Both the position numbers and the translations under genes were made by a program. A stretch of 64,000 nt of DNA, taken from contig JAXLYR010000002.1 of the NCBI GenBank assembly GCA_046351325.1, forward strand, positions 880,334 to 944,333. Reading direction: 5' to 3'. The notes beneath the pieces were generated by a model that did not search any database, was not told the DNA's origin, and worked only from the letters and a program-made list of their open reading frames with translations. The DNA is from Polyangiaceae bacterium (lineage in GTDB: Bacteria; Myxococcota_A; Polyangia; Polyangiales; Polyangiaceae). This document shows, piece by piece, positions 38,390 through 48,199 of the stretch; the stretch's first letter is position 1; every line of letters starts with the position of its first letter.

Positions 38390-40618
38390 TTACTCGAGAG
38401 TGACGGAGAATTCGATGGGCCCGAAGCGGAGCGCAGCTCCGTTGGGGACGGTCGTCCAGATCCCGGGCGGGATCCTCAGTCCGTTCACCGTCGTGCCGTT
38501 GTTCGAATTGTCGTCGCGCACGAAGAGCTGGCCCGCATCGATCTTCAACGAAGCGTGCGTACCCGAGACGCGCGGCTCGGTCAGCATGATTTGGCAGAGC
38601 TGCCCGTCACGGCCGGCTTTCATCTCGGCGCCTGGCAGGACGGTGAAGATGCCCGCTGCGCCCTGCAACGTCGCGCGTTGCACGAACGCCGGGCCAGGGG
38701 CCGCGGGGGCGGGTGCGGGAACCGGTAGCGGAGCCGGCGGCGGCATCGCGGCGCCGGGGCGCGGCGGGGGCGCGGCCTGGTGCTGCTGACTGCTCCGCTT
38801 GCGAGCGCCACCACCACGGAACGCCGCGATGATGAGCAGGATGAACACGAGCCCGCCGAACGCGATCCCCCCGATGAGCCACAGGTTGCGTGGCTTCTGC
38901 TGGGCCTTCACCGTGAGGATCTTGTCGCGTGTGAACGGGCTCGTTCGCTTGCTGACATTGTCGTAAATGATGACGCGGGCCGTGTACGCGTCCTTCTTGC
39001 CGGCGAGGAACTTGTCCTTGTCCGGCATCTCGAACTCGACCATGTCCTCGGAGGCGTCCACGACGGTGCCGCGCATGCCCTGCTCGATGAGGGTCTTCTG
39101 CGCGTTCTTCGCGTCCTCGAAGGACCCGCCCTCGATCGTGGCGGGGACCTCCTGGTTCTTCGGCAGGACGTAGAGCTCTGCGCGATCCTTCTTGCCGGCC
39201 CAACAGAACGAGCCGTAAACGCGCACGCGGCCGCCGGGGTAGATCGGGTTCTTCTCGGCTTCTTTCTGGGTCTTCTCGACGTCGATATCGAGCGGCCACG
39301 TCGAGGGATCGATGCCGACGGGCACGTTCGAGTAGCTGCCGTCGGGCGCGATCGTGAGCTCGGTGTTCTTGAAGAACAGGTTGAAGGACTGCTGCACCGT
39401 CGGCGCGACGCACGACGCCTGCCACTTCACGAGCCACATGTAATCGAAGCGCTCGCGAACGGCCTTCGCGATGTTCTCACCGCGCGAGGCGCCGCCGGCG
39501 CGCACGATCGAGTAGTAGCCGCCGATCTCGGTGTTCGGCAGGCTCTCCATGAACTGCCGCGCGTTCTCGTAGAGCTCCTCGTACTGCTTCGATGGGAACC
39601 AGATCGAGATGATCGGGGTCGGCATCTTCGGCAGGAGGAGGTTCTCCTCGGGGTAGCGGCCCTTCGTCATGTAGTCGCTGAGCAGCTTCGCCGCGGGGCC
39701 AACGGACGCAGCGTCCGTCCCCGCGGTCCCGCTCGAGAGGACCACCATGGCTTGGTGCATCGGCACCTTCACGTTGCCGCCGACGTTGCCGAGCTCTTTG
39801 AAGCCGTCGGTCGCGCCGTTCTGGATGATCTGCCCGAGGGGCCGCACGCGGCCTGCAGCCGCCGAGGTCTTCGCGATCGTGTCGATGTAGCTGAGCGCCG
39901 CGTCCTTGTTGGCCGTCCAGTTGGTGCCAGGGATGGTGCTCACGTCGTTGAAGAACGCGACGTTGAAGATGTCCTGGTCGCGCATCGACGTGATGAAGGC
40001 GCGCGCCACGGCCTTCGCGTCCTCGAAGCGGTTGCCCATCGAGGCCGACGCGTCGATCAGGATGAGCCACGCGGTGCCGACGCCAGGCTCCTTGGCCGCC
40101 GTCGCGTCCTTCCACCGCATCTTCGATACGAACTTGAGCGGGTACTCGGTCGCGGGGTCGAGCTTCACCGTCATGTAGATGTTCCCGTCGGGGAACTTGA
40201 TCGGTGACCAGAGCGCCTGCGGCTTCTCCATCGCGTCCGCGACGCAGTCGAGCTGAGCGTCGGCGCTCTGCATCGCGCAGGCCCCGATCACCGAGCTCTT
40301 CGGCTTGTTCTGCATGATCTCCATCACGGTCGTGAGGACCGGGGCGCCCTCGGTCTGACTCGCGCGGGGATCGATGCGGAGGATGTGAGCCTCGGGCGCG
40401 GCAGCCGCGGGCGCCGCGAGCCCGATGAGCGTGAGGAGCAGCGCGAGCGACGCGCGCGCGCCGATGCGAAGCGCTTGCTCGACCCGTCTAGAGCGGTCGG
40501 CGGGTGCGGTGCTCAAGGCTCGGCGCGCTGCTGTTTGCGACGGGCGCTGGGGCGACGGGCACTGGGCTTCAGCTCGGGTTTGACGTTCGTTGGAGTGGGT
40601 CGAGCGAGCGCTCTGCAT
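38390..40618 (-). CDS. Membrane protein: secreted von Willebrand factor A (vWA) domain, one TM, cytoplasmic Pro-rich linker and C-terminal FHA domain
   Basis: Signal-like SLALLLTLIGLAAPAAAA. MIDAS motif LILIDASASMG. TM LWLIGGIAFGGLVFILLIIAAF. Pro-rich PPPRPGAAMPPPAPLPVPAP. FHA (FTVLPGAEMKAGRDGQLCQIMLTEPRVSGTHASL...NSNNGTTVNG). True start probably downstream of the annotated M. Confidence 0.85.
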   Translation of the reverse strand: MQSARSTHSNERQTRAEAQCPSPQRPSQTAARRALSTAPADRSRRVEQALRIGARASLALLLTLIGLAAPAAAAPEAHILRIDPRASQTEGAPVLTTVMEIMQNKPKSSVIGACAMQSADAQLDCVADAMEKPQALWSPIKFPDGNIYMTVKLDPATEYPLKFVSKMRWKDATAAKEPGVGTAWLILIDASASMGNRFEDAKAVARAFITSMRDQDIFNVAFFNDVSTIPGTNWTANKDAALSYIDTIAKTSAAAGRVRPLGQIIQNGATDGFKELGNVGGNVKVPMHQAMVVLSSGTAGTDAASVGPAAKLLSDYMTKGRYPEENLLLPKMPTPIISIWFPSKQYEELYENARQFMESLPNTEIGGYYSIVRAGGASRGENIAKAVRERFDYMWLVKWQASCVAPTVQQSFNLFFKNTELTIAPDGSYSNVPVGIDPSTWPLDIDVEKTQKEAEKNPIYPGGRVRVYGSFCWAGKKDRAELYVLPKNQEVPATIEGGSFEDAKNAQKTLIEQGMRGTVVDASEDMVEFEMPDKDKFLAGKKDAYTARVIIYDNVSKRTSPFTRDKILTVKAQQKPRNLWLIGGIAFGGLVFILLIIAAFRGGGARKRSSQQHQAAPPPRPGAAMPPPAPLPVPAPAPAAPGPAFVQRATLQGAAGIFTVLPGAEMKAGRDGQLCQIMLTEPRVSGTHASLKIDAGQLFVRDDNSNNGTTVNGLRIPPGIWTTVPNGAALRFGPIEFSVTLE

Positions 40619-40906
40619 GGTGAGCCTCCGGGGGCGTGCGTGCGCCCTCGCTGGGTGCGGAGCGCAGCGCTACAGCGCCCCACGTTGGTTCGACGGTGTC
40701 GCAGGTGTTGAGGGCTCCATCCTTCGGATCCGCTCGAGGACGTCGAGGGTCGAGGGGCTGTGAGCCCCAAAGGAGGTTTTTGAAGCACGACACGACGCGG
40801 GCGGACGACGCACCCGATCGACCGAGCGCCGCCGAAACTCGGCGACCCAAAGCTCCCGATCGAGGTGCAGCGCCCGTAACCCCCGCGCTTCAAAGCATCC
40901 GGGCCT

Positions 40907-42153
40907 TCATGCGCGTGCGGCCACGTTGATGACGATGACGCTGAACCCGCCGAAGCGAATCTTGTCGCCATCGCGCAGCTCACGTCGACCCTGGAAGCCG
41001 ATGGCCTCTTCGTTGTGGAAGGTGCCGTTCGTGGACCCCAGGTCGCTGAGGGTCAACCGGCCCCCTTCAGCGTCGATCGTAGCGTGGTTCGTCGAGGTGG
41101 TGCCGTGGCCGATCGGGACGTCGACCTCCTGCCCAGTCTCCGCGCGACCGATCAAGTTGCGGCCCTGGTAGAGCGGCCAGAACTTGCCGAGCGGATCGTC
41201 CTGAAAGCTGACGAGGAAACCACTGAGCGATCGACGCGGCTTACCAGTGGTGGAAGAGCTCGAGGACTGCGCCCGCGGAGCGTCGAAGCCCCCGTTTGGC
41301 GGTGGGGGAGCGAACCCCCCCCCGGGGGGGGGCCCACCCATCCCGGGCATCCCCGGCGGCGGCCCCATGCCCATACCCGGCGGTCCACCCATGCCTGGCG
41401 GCCCCATGCCTGGCGGCCCACCCATGCCTGGCGGACCGGCGTTCGGAAACGCGGTCGGCCCGAACTGATCGTGACCACCAGGAGGCGGGAACGGAGGCGG
41501 CCCCATGCCTGGCGGACCCATGCCTGGCGGACCATGCCTGGCGGACCCATGTCCATCCCTGGCGGGCCACCCATGCCTTGCGGACCCATGCCTGGCGGGC
41601 CACCATGCCTTGCGGACCCATGCCTGGCGGGCCACCATCCCGGGCGGCCCCGGCCACACCGGCGGGCCCATGCCTGGAGGCGCCCGGGGTAACCACCCTG
41701 GTCGAAGCCGAAGCCTGGCGGGCCACCCATGCCTTGCGGACCCATGCCTGGTGGGCCCATCCCCGGACCCATGCCCGGCGGACCACCCATGCCTTGCGGC
41801 CCCATGCCTGGCGGACCGCCCATGCCCGGCGGCCCCATGCCTGGCGGCCCCATGCCCGGCGGCCCCATGCCCGGTCCCATCCCCGGACCCATGCCTGGCG
41901 GGCCACCCATCCCGGGCGGGGGACCGAAATTCTGATCGAACCCGGGGGGCCCAAAGCCACCCCCGGGGGGAGGGGGAGGCGGAAAACCTGGAGGACTGCC
42001 ATACCCAGGAGGTCCGAACCCGCCTGGGGGACCAGGAGGAGGCGGCGGGCCCATGCCTGGAGGAGGTGGCGGCCCGCCTTGCAACGGTGAAGCACACACA
42101 GCGCAGAACTTGTCAGTCGGAGCGTTCGGAGCGCCGCAGCGAGGGCAGATCAT
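40907..42153 (-). CDS. Zinc-ribbon / Pro-Gly-Met repeat / C-terminal FHA-domain protein. The repeat region shows inconsistent reading frames.
   Basis: N-terminal MICPRCGAPNAPTDKFCAVCASPL zinc-ribbon. Long GPPGMGP-type low-complexity repeat (41400-41950). C-terminal FHA (NLIGRAETGQEVDVPIGHGTTSTNHATI...GSTNGTF) in the frame of ORF 40907-42097. The N-terminus is in the frame of ORF 41152-42153, with switches inside the repeat. Confidence 0.6.
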
Positions 42154-42302
42154 GTGGAGTCCTTGGTGTGAGAACGGCGCGCGACATCGGCGCGCTGTCT
42201 CCGCGCCAAGGATAACTTGCTCCGTCGCTCTCGGATCAAGACCTTAGCGATGGTTTGCAAAACCAACGTGTGGGCGAAGCGGGGAAAGCACCAAGCACGC
42301 GC

Positions 42303-42327
42303 AAACCCAGCCCGATGCGCTGGGCTT
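42303..42327 (-). terminator. Probable rho-independent terminator downstream of rplS
   Basis: On the minus strand: CCCAGC-gcatcgg-GCTGGG followed by UUU. About 80 nt after the rplS stop. Confidence 0.35.
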
Positions 42328-42403
42328 CGTCTCGACCGCTCGTCGGAGCTCTCTTATCCCAAGACCAAAGAGCGCCCATCGCGGTCGGACACGAGCGTCT
42401 GGA

Positions 42404-42760
42404 TCAGGCGTCCTTCTCGTCGCGAACGCGAGCGGCCTTGCCCTGGAGGCTGCGGAGGTAGAGCAGGCGGCTGCGACGGACGATGCCCTTCGACACGATC
42501 TCGACGCGCTCGATGCGGGGGCTGTGGAGGAGGAAGATGCGCTCCACGCCCACGCCGAAGCTGACCTTGCGGACGGTGAACGTGCTGCGCACGCCCGCAC
42601 GGTGTCGCTTGAGAACGATGCCTTGGAAGATCTGGACGCGTTCCTTCTCGCCCTCGACGATCTTGTAGTGGACCCGCACGGTGTCACCGACCCTGAACGT
42701 CGGGACGTCGGTGCGGACCTGCTGCTGCTCGAATTTGGCGATGATCGGTGACGTCAACAT
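42404..42760 (-). CDS. rplS: 50S ribosomal protein L19
   Basis: [50 protein letters not shown]... is a canonical L19 sequence. 118 aa. Confidence 0.95.
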   Translation of the reverse strand: MLTSPIIAKFEQQQVRTDVPTFRVGDTVRVHYKIVEGEKERVQIFQGIVLKRHRAGVRSTFTVRKVSFGVGVERIFLLHSPRIERVEIVSKGIVRRSRLLYLRSLQGKAARVRDEKDA

Positions 42761-42855
42761 GGCATCCTCAAAAGATCAGGGAAACGGGCGCGGCATTATG
42801 CATGGGCGGAAATGCCTGTCAACGCCTGGGAAAGCTCGGCGTCGACGGGCGGCCC

Positions 42856-43440
42856 TCAGCGCCGAACGGGGATAATCTGAACGCGGCGCTGCTCACCCTC
42901 GCCGTCGCTCTTCGTGACGACGCCGGCGAACTTGGCGAGGGCCAGGTGGACGACGCGTCGGTCCTGCGGGCTCATCGGCTCGAACGTGATGATCTTGCCC
43001 TCGTCGACGGCCTGTTTGCCGAGGCGCCGCGCCATGCTGGCGAGCGCTTCTTCACGACGCGCGCGATAGCCCTCGGCGTCGATGATCACGTGGCGCCGGG
43101 TCTTGCCAGGTCGATTGACGACGCGGTTGGCGAGGAACTGGAGCGCGGCGAGGGTCTGGCCCTTCTTGCCGATGACGCGGCCAGCGTCCTTGCCCTCGAT
43201 CTCGAGGCGGATCTCCTCGGGCGGATCGTCCTCGTCGGGTTCGAGCAGATCGACGGTGCAATCCATCCCCATCGCTGCGAGCACGTCGATGACGAAGTCG
43301 AGCACCATGTCGGCGCGCCCGTCCTCGACGAAGGGTTCAGACGCGGCGCCGTTCTCGGCCGCTGCTTGCGGATCAGCCTCGGCTGCGGGGGGTGGTGCAG
43401 CGGGCGGGGGGGACGGCTCGGAGGTCTCATCCACGGGCAC
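42856..43440 (-). CDS. jag: Jag/KhpB-like RNA-binding protein (KH plus R3H domains)
   Basis: KH motif GRVIGKKGQTLAALQFLANRVV. R3H block FEPMSPQDRRVVHLALAKFAGVVTKSDGEGEQRRVQI. Position directly downstream of yidC. Confidence 0.85.
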   Translation of the reverse strand: MPVDETSEPSPPPAAPPPAAEADPQAAAENGAASEPFVEDGRADMVLDFVIDVLAAMGMDCTVDLLEPDEDDPPEEIRLEIEGKDAGRVIGKKGQTLAALQFLANRVVNRPGKTRRHVIIDAEGYRARREEALASMARRLGKQAVDEGKIITFEPMSPQDRRVVHLALAKFAGVVTKSDGEGEQRRVQIIPVRR

Positions 43441-45232
43441 GGACTTTTCCCTTTCGTAGCGCGGTGTCTTCTTGCTTCGCGTCCTTGGCGTCGGTGACGT
43501 CGCGGACCTGGATGCTGCGACCCTGCTGATCCTTCAGCTGCGAACGGACCCAGCGCTCCACGAGGAACTGCTGTCCGATGCCGAGCCAAGTGTTCGTGAG
43601 CATGTACACGCCGAGGCCGGCAGGCAGGAAGAACATCATCGCGGTGAAGATGCCCGGCATCAGGTAGAGCATCATCTTCGCCTGCGCCGGATCCATCCCT
43701 TGGGCGGGCATCAGCTTCTGCTGAAGGAAGCTCGAGCCGCCGAGCACGATCGGGATGACGTGATACGGGTCGCTGTGGGTGAGGTCCGGGATCAGCGGAC
43801 CGAACGGCGTGTGGAAGAGTTCGACCGATGTGCCGAGCGCTTGGTAGAGCGCGATCCACACGGGCATTTGCAAGAGAACCGGGATGCAGCCGAGCGCGGG
43901 ATTGCGGACTCCCTCGCGCCGGTAGAGCTCCTGCATCGCGAGGTTCTTCTGCATCATGTCGTCTTTGTACTGCTCGTTGATCTTGTCGATGTCGGGCTTG
44001 AGCCGGCGCATCGCCACGCTGGTCTTCAGGCTGGGGAGCTGCAGCGGGAAGACGGCGATCTTCACCGTCATCGTGAGCAAGCAGATCGCCCAGCCCCAGC
44101 TCTTCACCATGCTGAAGAGCCAGGCCACGTAGCCGACGAACATCCGGCCGAGGATGCCGAACATCCCGAGGTCGATGACCTCGGACATCTTGATCTTGTC
44201 GCTGCTCCCACCCACCGCCGCGAGCACGGCGCGCTCCTTCGGGCCCATGAACGCGAGCACGGAGTACGTCGCGGTCTCGCCAGTGCGGAGCGTCTCGGTC
44301 GGGTAGCTGAGCCGCGCCCGATACATGCGCCCGTGGTTCGGGTGCTCTTCGGGGACGTTGTAGTAAGCGCCGTCCTCGATCAGAACCTCGGCCGAGGGGG
44401 CCGGGCCGTCCTGGTGGATGACGCTGGCCGCGAAGTAGTTGGTCGACACCGCAGCCCAGACGCCGGTGCCCTTCGCCTGGAGGAAGTGCTCGTCGGTGTA
44501 GCCGTCCTCGGCCTTGAAATCCTTCGGCTCGAAGTCGCCTTGGAGGTGGCGCTTCGTGTCCTTGTCGGTGTGGGTCACGACCTCGGTCAGCCACTCGGGT
44601 CGGCGGCCGAGATCCCAGAAGCTCGACTTCGTCTCCTTCTCGCTGCGCCACGAGTCCTGCTCGATCGCGAAGCGATGTTTCTTCGGAGTGTCGGCGAGGT
44701 TCGTGATGCTGGTCACGACCGAGAGCTCGAAGGGTCGATCCGTCAGCGAGACGACCTTCTTCACCTTGGCGGTCGCGGTCGAGAGCTCGAACGTGCAGCT
44801 CGTGGCCGTCTGCTCGGTGAGCTTCATGTCGAGGTTGTCGAACTCGACCTGTTGCTCGTCGTCGGCGGTCTTCGGCGCGCGCAGGCTCGCGCGGAGCGGC
44901 ATGCGCTGCTCTTTGGAGGTCGTGACGAGATCGATGCGCGTGTCGGGCTTGTCGACGGACGTCGCGTACTTCGGGTCGGTCATGACAGCGCTCGAGACGG
45001 CGCCGCCCCGCGAGGTGAGCGTCACGCTCGAGCGCGTACCGACGAGCTGGCAAGTCTCGGGATCTGCGCGCTCTCCGTCGAAGACCGTGCCCCAGTCGTC
45101 CTTGGTGAGGGGCTGCTGGGAGGGGCCGCTGCCACCGCCGAAGAAGCGCGGGTAGACGAAGAAGACGATGAGGATCACGACGGCGCCCCCGAAGAGCCAC
45201 CACCTCAGCGATCCAGTACTGCTCTCTTCCAT
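43427..45232 (-). CDS. yidC: Membrane protein insertase YidC
   Basis: N-terminal TM. Large periplasmic domain. Conserved C-terminal core [19 protein letters not shown]...[18 protein letters not shown]...[27 protein letters not shown]. 601 aa. Confidence 0.95.
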   Translation of the reverse strand: [601 protein letters not shown]

Positions 45233-45292
45233 GCGGTTCCTTGAGTGACGAGCGCTCGGCCGCGCAGGCGAACCCGTTATTGAGACACGAAG

Positions 45293-45664
45293 TCAGGTGG
45301 TGTTGTCGCTCGGGCTCAGCCCGTCGCGGTCATCACCTGCGGCCCCCACCGAAGGGGCTGCGATCTGGGGCCTTTCTCGTTGCGGCCTTGCTCGATGCGC
45401 ATCGCCGTGGTCCGAGTCAATACCGACGACTGAACCAGGGCGAGGGGGAGGGGGGTCGAAGCCCCCCGGATGGAACGGGTGACACCTACACAGGCGCTTC
45501 GCCGAAAGCAAGCTCCCCCGCAACACGCCATGGTCTCGCAAACACGCGATGGCGTAGCGAGAGCACGACGGTTGAAACCTGCAAACCGGGCCGAACAACG
45601 CCACCAACAAACGCGAAAGCGTGAGTTGATAGAGGCGAATCAGCGCGATGAGCACCCGCGACAT
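45293..45664 (-). CDS. yidD: Membrane protein insertion efficiency factor YidD
   Basis: [21 protein letters not shown]...[44 protein letters not shown] matches the YidD family. Long Pro-rich tail before the stop. Confidence 0.8.
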   Translation of the reverse strand: MSRVLIALIRLYQLTLSRLLVALFGPVCRFQPSCSRYAIACLRDHGVLRGSLLSAKRLCRCHPFHPGGFDPPPPRPGSVVGIDSDHGDAHRARPQRERPQIAAPSVGAAGDDRDGLSPSDNTT

Positions 45665-45695
45665 CAATGCCACTCCTCGAGCCCGAGGAACCCTT

Positions 45696-46103
45696 TCACG
45701 CGGGCGCGGGGCCGGCAACCCGATTGGCTCTTTCGAGCTGCGGGCGGAGCGCAGCGAGGCGTCGCTCGAGGTCACCGAGCGTCGCGCCGATGATCGTCGG
45801 CAGCGCCAAGAGCACCACGTCCACGTCGCTCGGGAAGGCGTCTTTGTGCAGGCGAAAGAGCGCGCGCAAGAGTCGCTTCGCCCGGTTGCGCGCGACGGCG
45901 TTGCCGACCTTGCGCGACGCGACCACGCCCATGCGACGACCCTTGCGCTCGGGTTGCCTGCGTCCGACGAGGACGAGGAAGGTGCCGCCTTGAAGCTTGA
46001 TCGCAGGGCGATCCTGCACGCGCCGAAAGTCGGCGCGCGACCGCAGGCGTTCGCTCTGCGGCAGCGTGTTGGAGCCCCCTGCAGCTGAAGTCACGGAGTT
46101 CAC
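45696..46103 (-). CDS. rnpA: Ribonuclease P protein component
   Basis: [28 protein letters not shown]...[25 protein letters not shown] matches the RnpA family. 135 aa. Confidence 0.85.
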   Translation of the reverse strand: MNSVTSAAGGSNTLPQSERLRSRADFRRVQDRPAIKLQGGTFLVLVGRRQPERKGRRMGVVASRKVGNAVARNRAKRLLRALFRLHKDAFPSDVDVVLLALPTIIGATLGDLERRLAALRPQLERANRVAGPAPA

Positions 46104-46133
46104 GCAGCGCCCCCCGACGCCGACGCTCCGCGA

Positions 46134-46283
46134 CTACTTCTTGAAGACGCCCGGTGCGAGGCGAGCGCGGCCCTTGCGGCGGCGGTTGTTGATGACCTTG
46201 CGCCCGCCCTTCGTGGCCATCCGCGCACGGAAGCCGGACGTGCGAAGACGCGATACTTTGTGGGGCTGGTAGGTTCGCTTCAT
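46134..46283 (-). CDS. rpmH: 50S ribosomal protein L34
   Basis: Reverse-strand translation gives [49 protein letters not shown] (49 aa), a canonical L34. Confidence 0.9.
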   Translation of the reverse strand: MKRTYQPHKVSRLRTSGFRARMATKGGRKVINNRRRKGRARLAPGVFKK

Positions 46284-46479
46284 GACGGTCCTCTTCGTAC
46301 CTCGAAACTAGGTTCACTCGAGCCCGAGCCTCAAAGGCTCATGGGCGGGAGCTCGGGGGCGAGCTCAAGGGCGCGGACGTTTAGCCCACTCGGTGGCCTC
46401 GGTCAACCGTTTCCCACAGCCGCGCGCAGGCCGAGAGAGTTGGGAAGCCCGAAGGAGCGTGGTGTAACCTGCGCGGTCG

Positions 46480-48198
46480 ATGACGACCAGCCCGAGCGCT
46501 CCCGTCTCTCGAACTCTCAGAACGCGCCTCGGGGTGGGGCTCTTGATGAGCGTGGCGACAGTGCTCTTTGCGCCGGAGGCCTCCGCGCAGGACACGACCT
46601 TCAGCTTGGATCGGCTGCGGATCGGCGGCGCTCCAGACGACGGGATCGGCGTCTGGCGACCGGACTTCAGCGATCGGCCACGGCTCTTCGGTCAGTTGGC
46701 GCTCGGCTTTTCGTGGGAGCCGTTCCGTATCGCGCACGAGCGCGAGGACGAGAACGACCAGGCGAAGCTCGCGCAGACGAGCGGCCCGCCCGTGACGGAA
46801 CAGTTCACGGGCTACTTCACGGCCGGCTTCGAGGTCTTCAAGCGCATCGGCGTTCAGGTCATGTTCCCCGCGGTCTTCGTCCAGACGGGCAACCCGACGA
46901 GCACCGCGTCGGTGCCGGGCGACTCGGTGGATCTCTCGATCGCGGCCGCCGGCGACCTGCGCGTCGAGCTGCGTGGCGCCATCATCGCGGACGACTTCTT
47001 CAAGCTCGGCGCCAACGCGAACTTGTTCGCGCCGAGCGGCAACGAGCTCTCCTTCGCTGGTGATCGCAGCGCGAGCGGCGGACTCGGCGTGTCGTTGGAT
47101 CTCAACTGGAAGGAGTTCATCCTCACGTTCGACACGGGCTTTCACTTCCGCCCCGAGTCGGGCGTCAACGACTTCACCGTGAGCCACGAGTGGGAGTACG
47201 CGCTCGCGGGCTTCATCCCCATCCGCGACAACCAGTTCCGGCTCGGCGTCGAGCTCTTCGGCTCGGTGATGATCGCCGGCCCCGACAAGGCCAAGGCCAT
47301 CACGTCGCCGCTCGAGTGGATGGTCGAGGGCAAGTTCGCGCTCGACTCGAAGAAGCAGCTCTACCTGACGCCGTATTTCGGCACGCGGATGACGCCTGGC
47401 TACGCTCCCGATTTCCGCACGGGCATCGGCTTCGGCGGTTGGTTCTACCTCGACAACCCGAACCCCCCGTCTCCGAAGAAAGAGCCGCGCCTCGATCCGT
47501 ACGGTGGCGACGTCGACACGGACAAAGACGGCTATCCCGACAACCAAGACCTCTGTCCGACCGAGCCCGAAGACGGCAAGCCTCCGGCGACAACCGACGG
47601 CTGCCCCGCCGAGAAGGACACGGACGACGACGGCATCCCCGACTCGCGCGACAAGTGCGTGCAGGTCGCCGAGGACAAAGACGGCGTCGACGACAAGGAC
47701 GGCTGCCCCGAGGAGGACGCCGACAAGGACGCGATCCTCGACGTCGAGGACGCCTGCCCGAAGGAGCCGGGCGAGCCGAGCCCCGAGAAGGACAAGAACG
47801 GCTGCCCGCGGTTCATCCGTCGCATCGAGGGCTCGACCGAGATCGAGATCCTGAAGAAGGTCGAGTTCGAGTTCGGCAGCGCGCGCCTGCGCGCGGACAG
47901 CCAGCCCATCCTCGACGAGGTCGTGCGCCTCCTTCAGGCGAACCCCGACATCACGCTCCTCGCGATCGAAGGGCACACCGACAACGTCGGCTCCGATGCT
48001 TTGAACCTCAAACTATCGAAGGATCGCGCCCGGGCTTGCCTCGACTACCTCGTGAAGAAGGGCATCGCCGCGAGCCGCCTCACCAGCGATGGCTTCGGCA
48101 AAGAGAAGCCGCTCGACACGAACGACACGTCGGAGGGGCGAGCCAAGAACCGCCGCGTGGAGTTCCACATCCGCAACCAGGACACCTCGGGCAACTGA
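46480..48198 (+). CDS. OmpA-family outer-membrane protein with thrombospondin type 3 (Ca-binding) repeats
   Basis: Signal peptide. N-terminal beta-barrel region. Repeated DxDxDGxxDxxDxC motifs (DTDKDGYPDNQDLCP; DTDDDGIPDSRDKC; DKDGVDDKDGCP; DKDAILDVEDACP). C-terminal OmpA_C (IEGHTDNVGSDALNLKLSKDRARAC...NRRVEFHI). Confidence 0.9.
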   Translation: MTTSPSAPVSRTLRTRLGVGLLMSVATVLFAPEASAQDTTFSLDRLRIGGAPDDGIGVWRPDFSDRPRLFGQLALGFSWEPFRIAHEREDENDQAKLAQTSGPPVTEQFTGYFTAGFEVFKRIGVQVMFPAVFVQTGNPTSTASVPGDSVDLSIAAAGDLRVELRGAIIADDFFKLGANANLFAPSGNELSFAGDRSASGGLGVSLDLNWKEFILTFDTGFHFRPESGVNDFTVSHEWEYALAGFIPIRDNQFRLGVELFGSVMIAGPDKAKAITSPLEWMVEGKFALDSKKQLYLTPYFGTRMTPGYAPDFRTGIGFGGWFYLDNPNPPSPKKEPRLDPYGGDVDTDKDGYPDNQDLCPTEPEDGKPPATTDGCPAEKDTDDDGIPDSRDKCVQVAEDKDGVDDKDGCPEEDADKDAILDVEDACPKEPGEPSPEKDKNGCPRFIRRIEGSTEIEILKKVEFEFGSARLRADSQPILDEVVRLLQANPDITLLAIEGHTDNVGSDALNLKLSKDRARACLDYLVKKGIAASRLTSDGFGKEKPLDTNDTSEGRAKNRRVEFHIRNQDTSGN

Positions 48199-48199
48199 C

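Noticed and set aside
46284-46479. Possible oriC / DnaA-box region upstream of rpmH
   Set aside because: I found no TTATCCACA-like boxes or AT-rich unwinding element by eye, and the neighbouring gene is an OmpA rather than dnaA.
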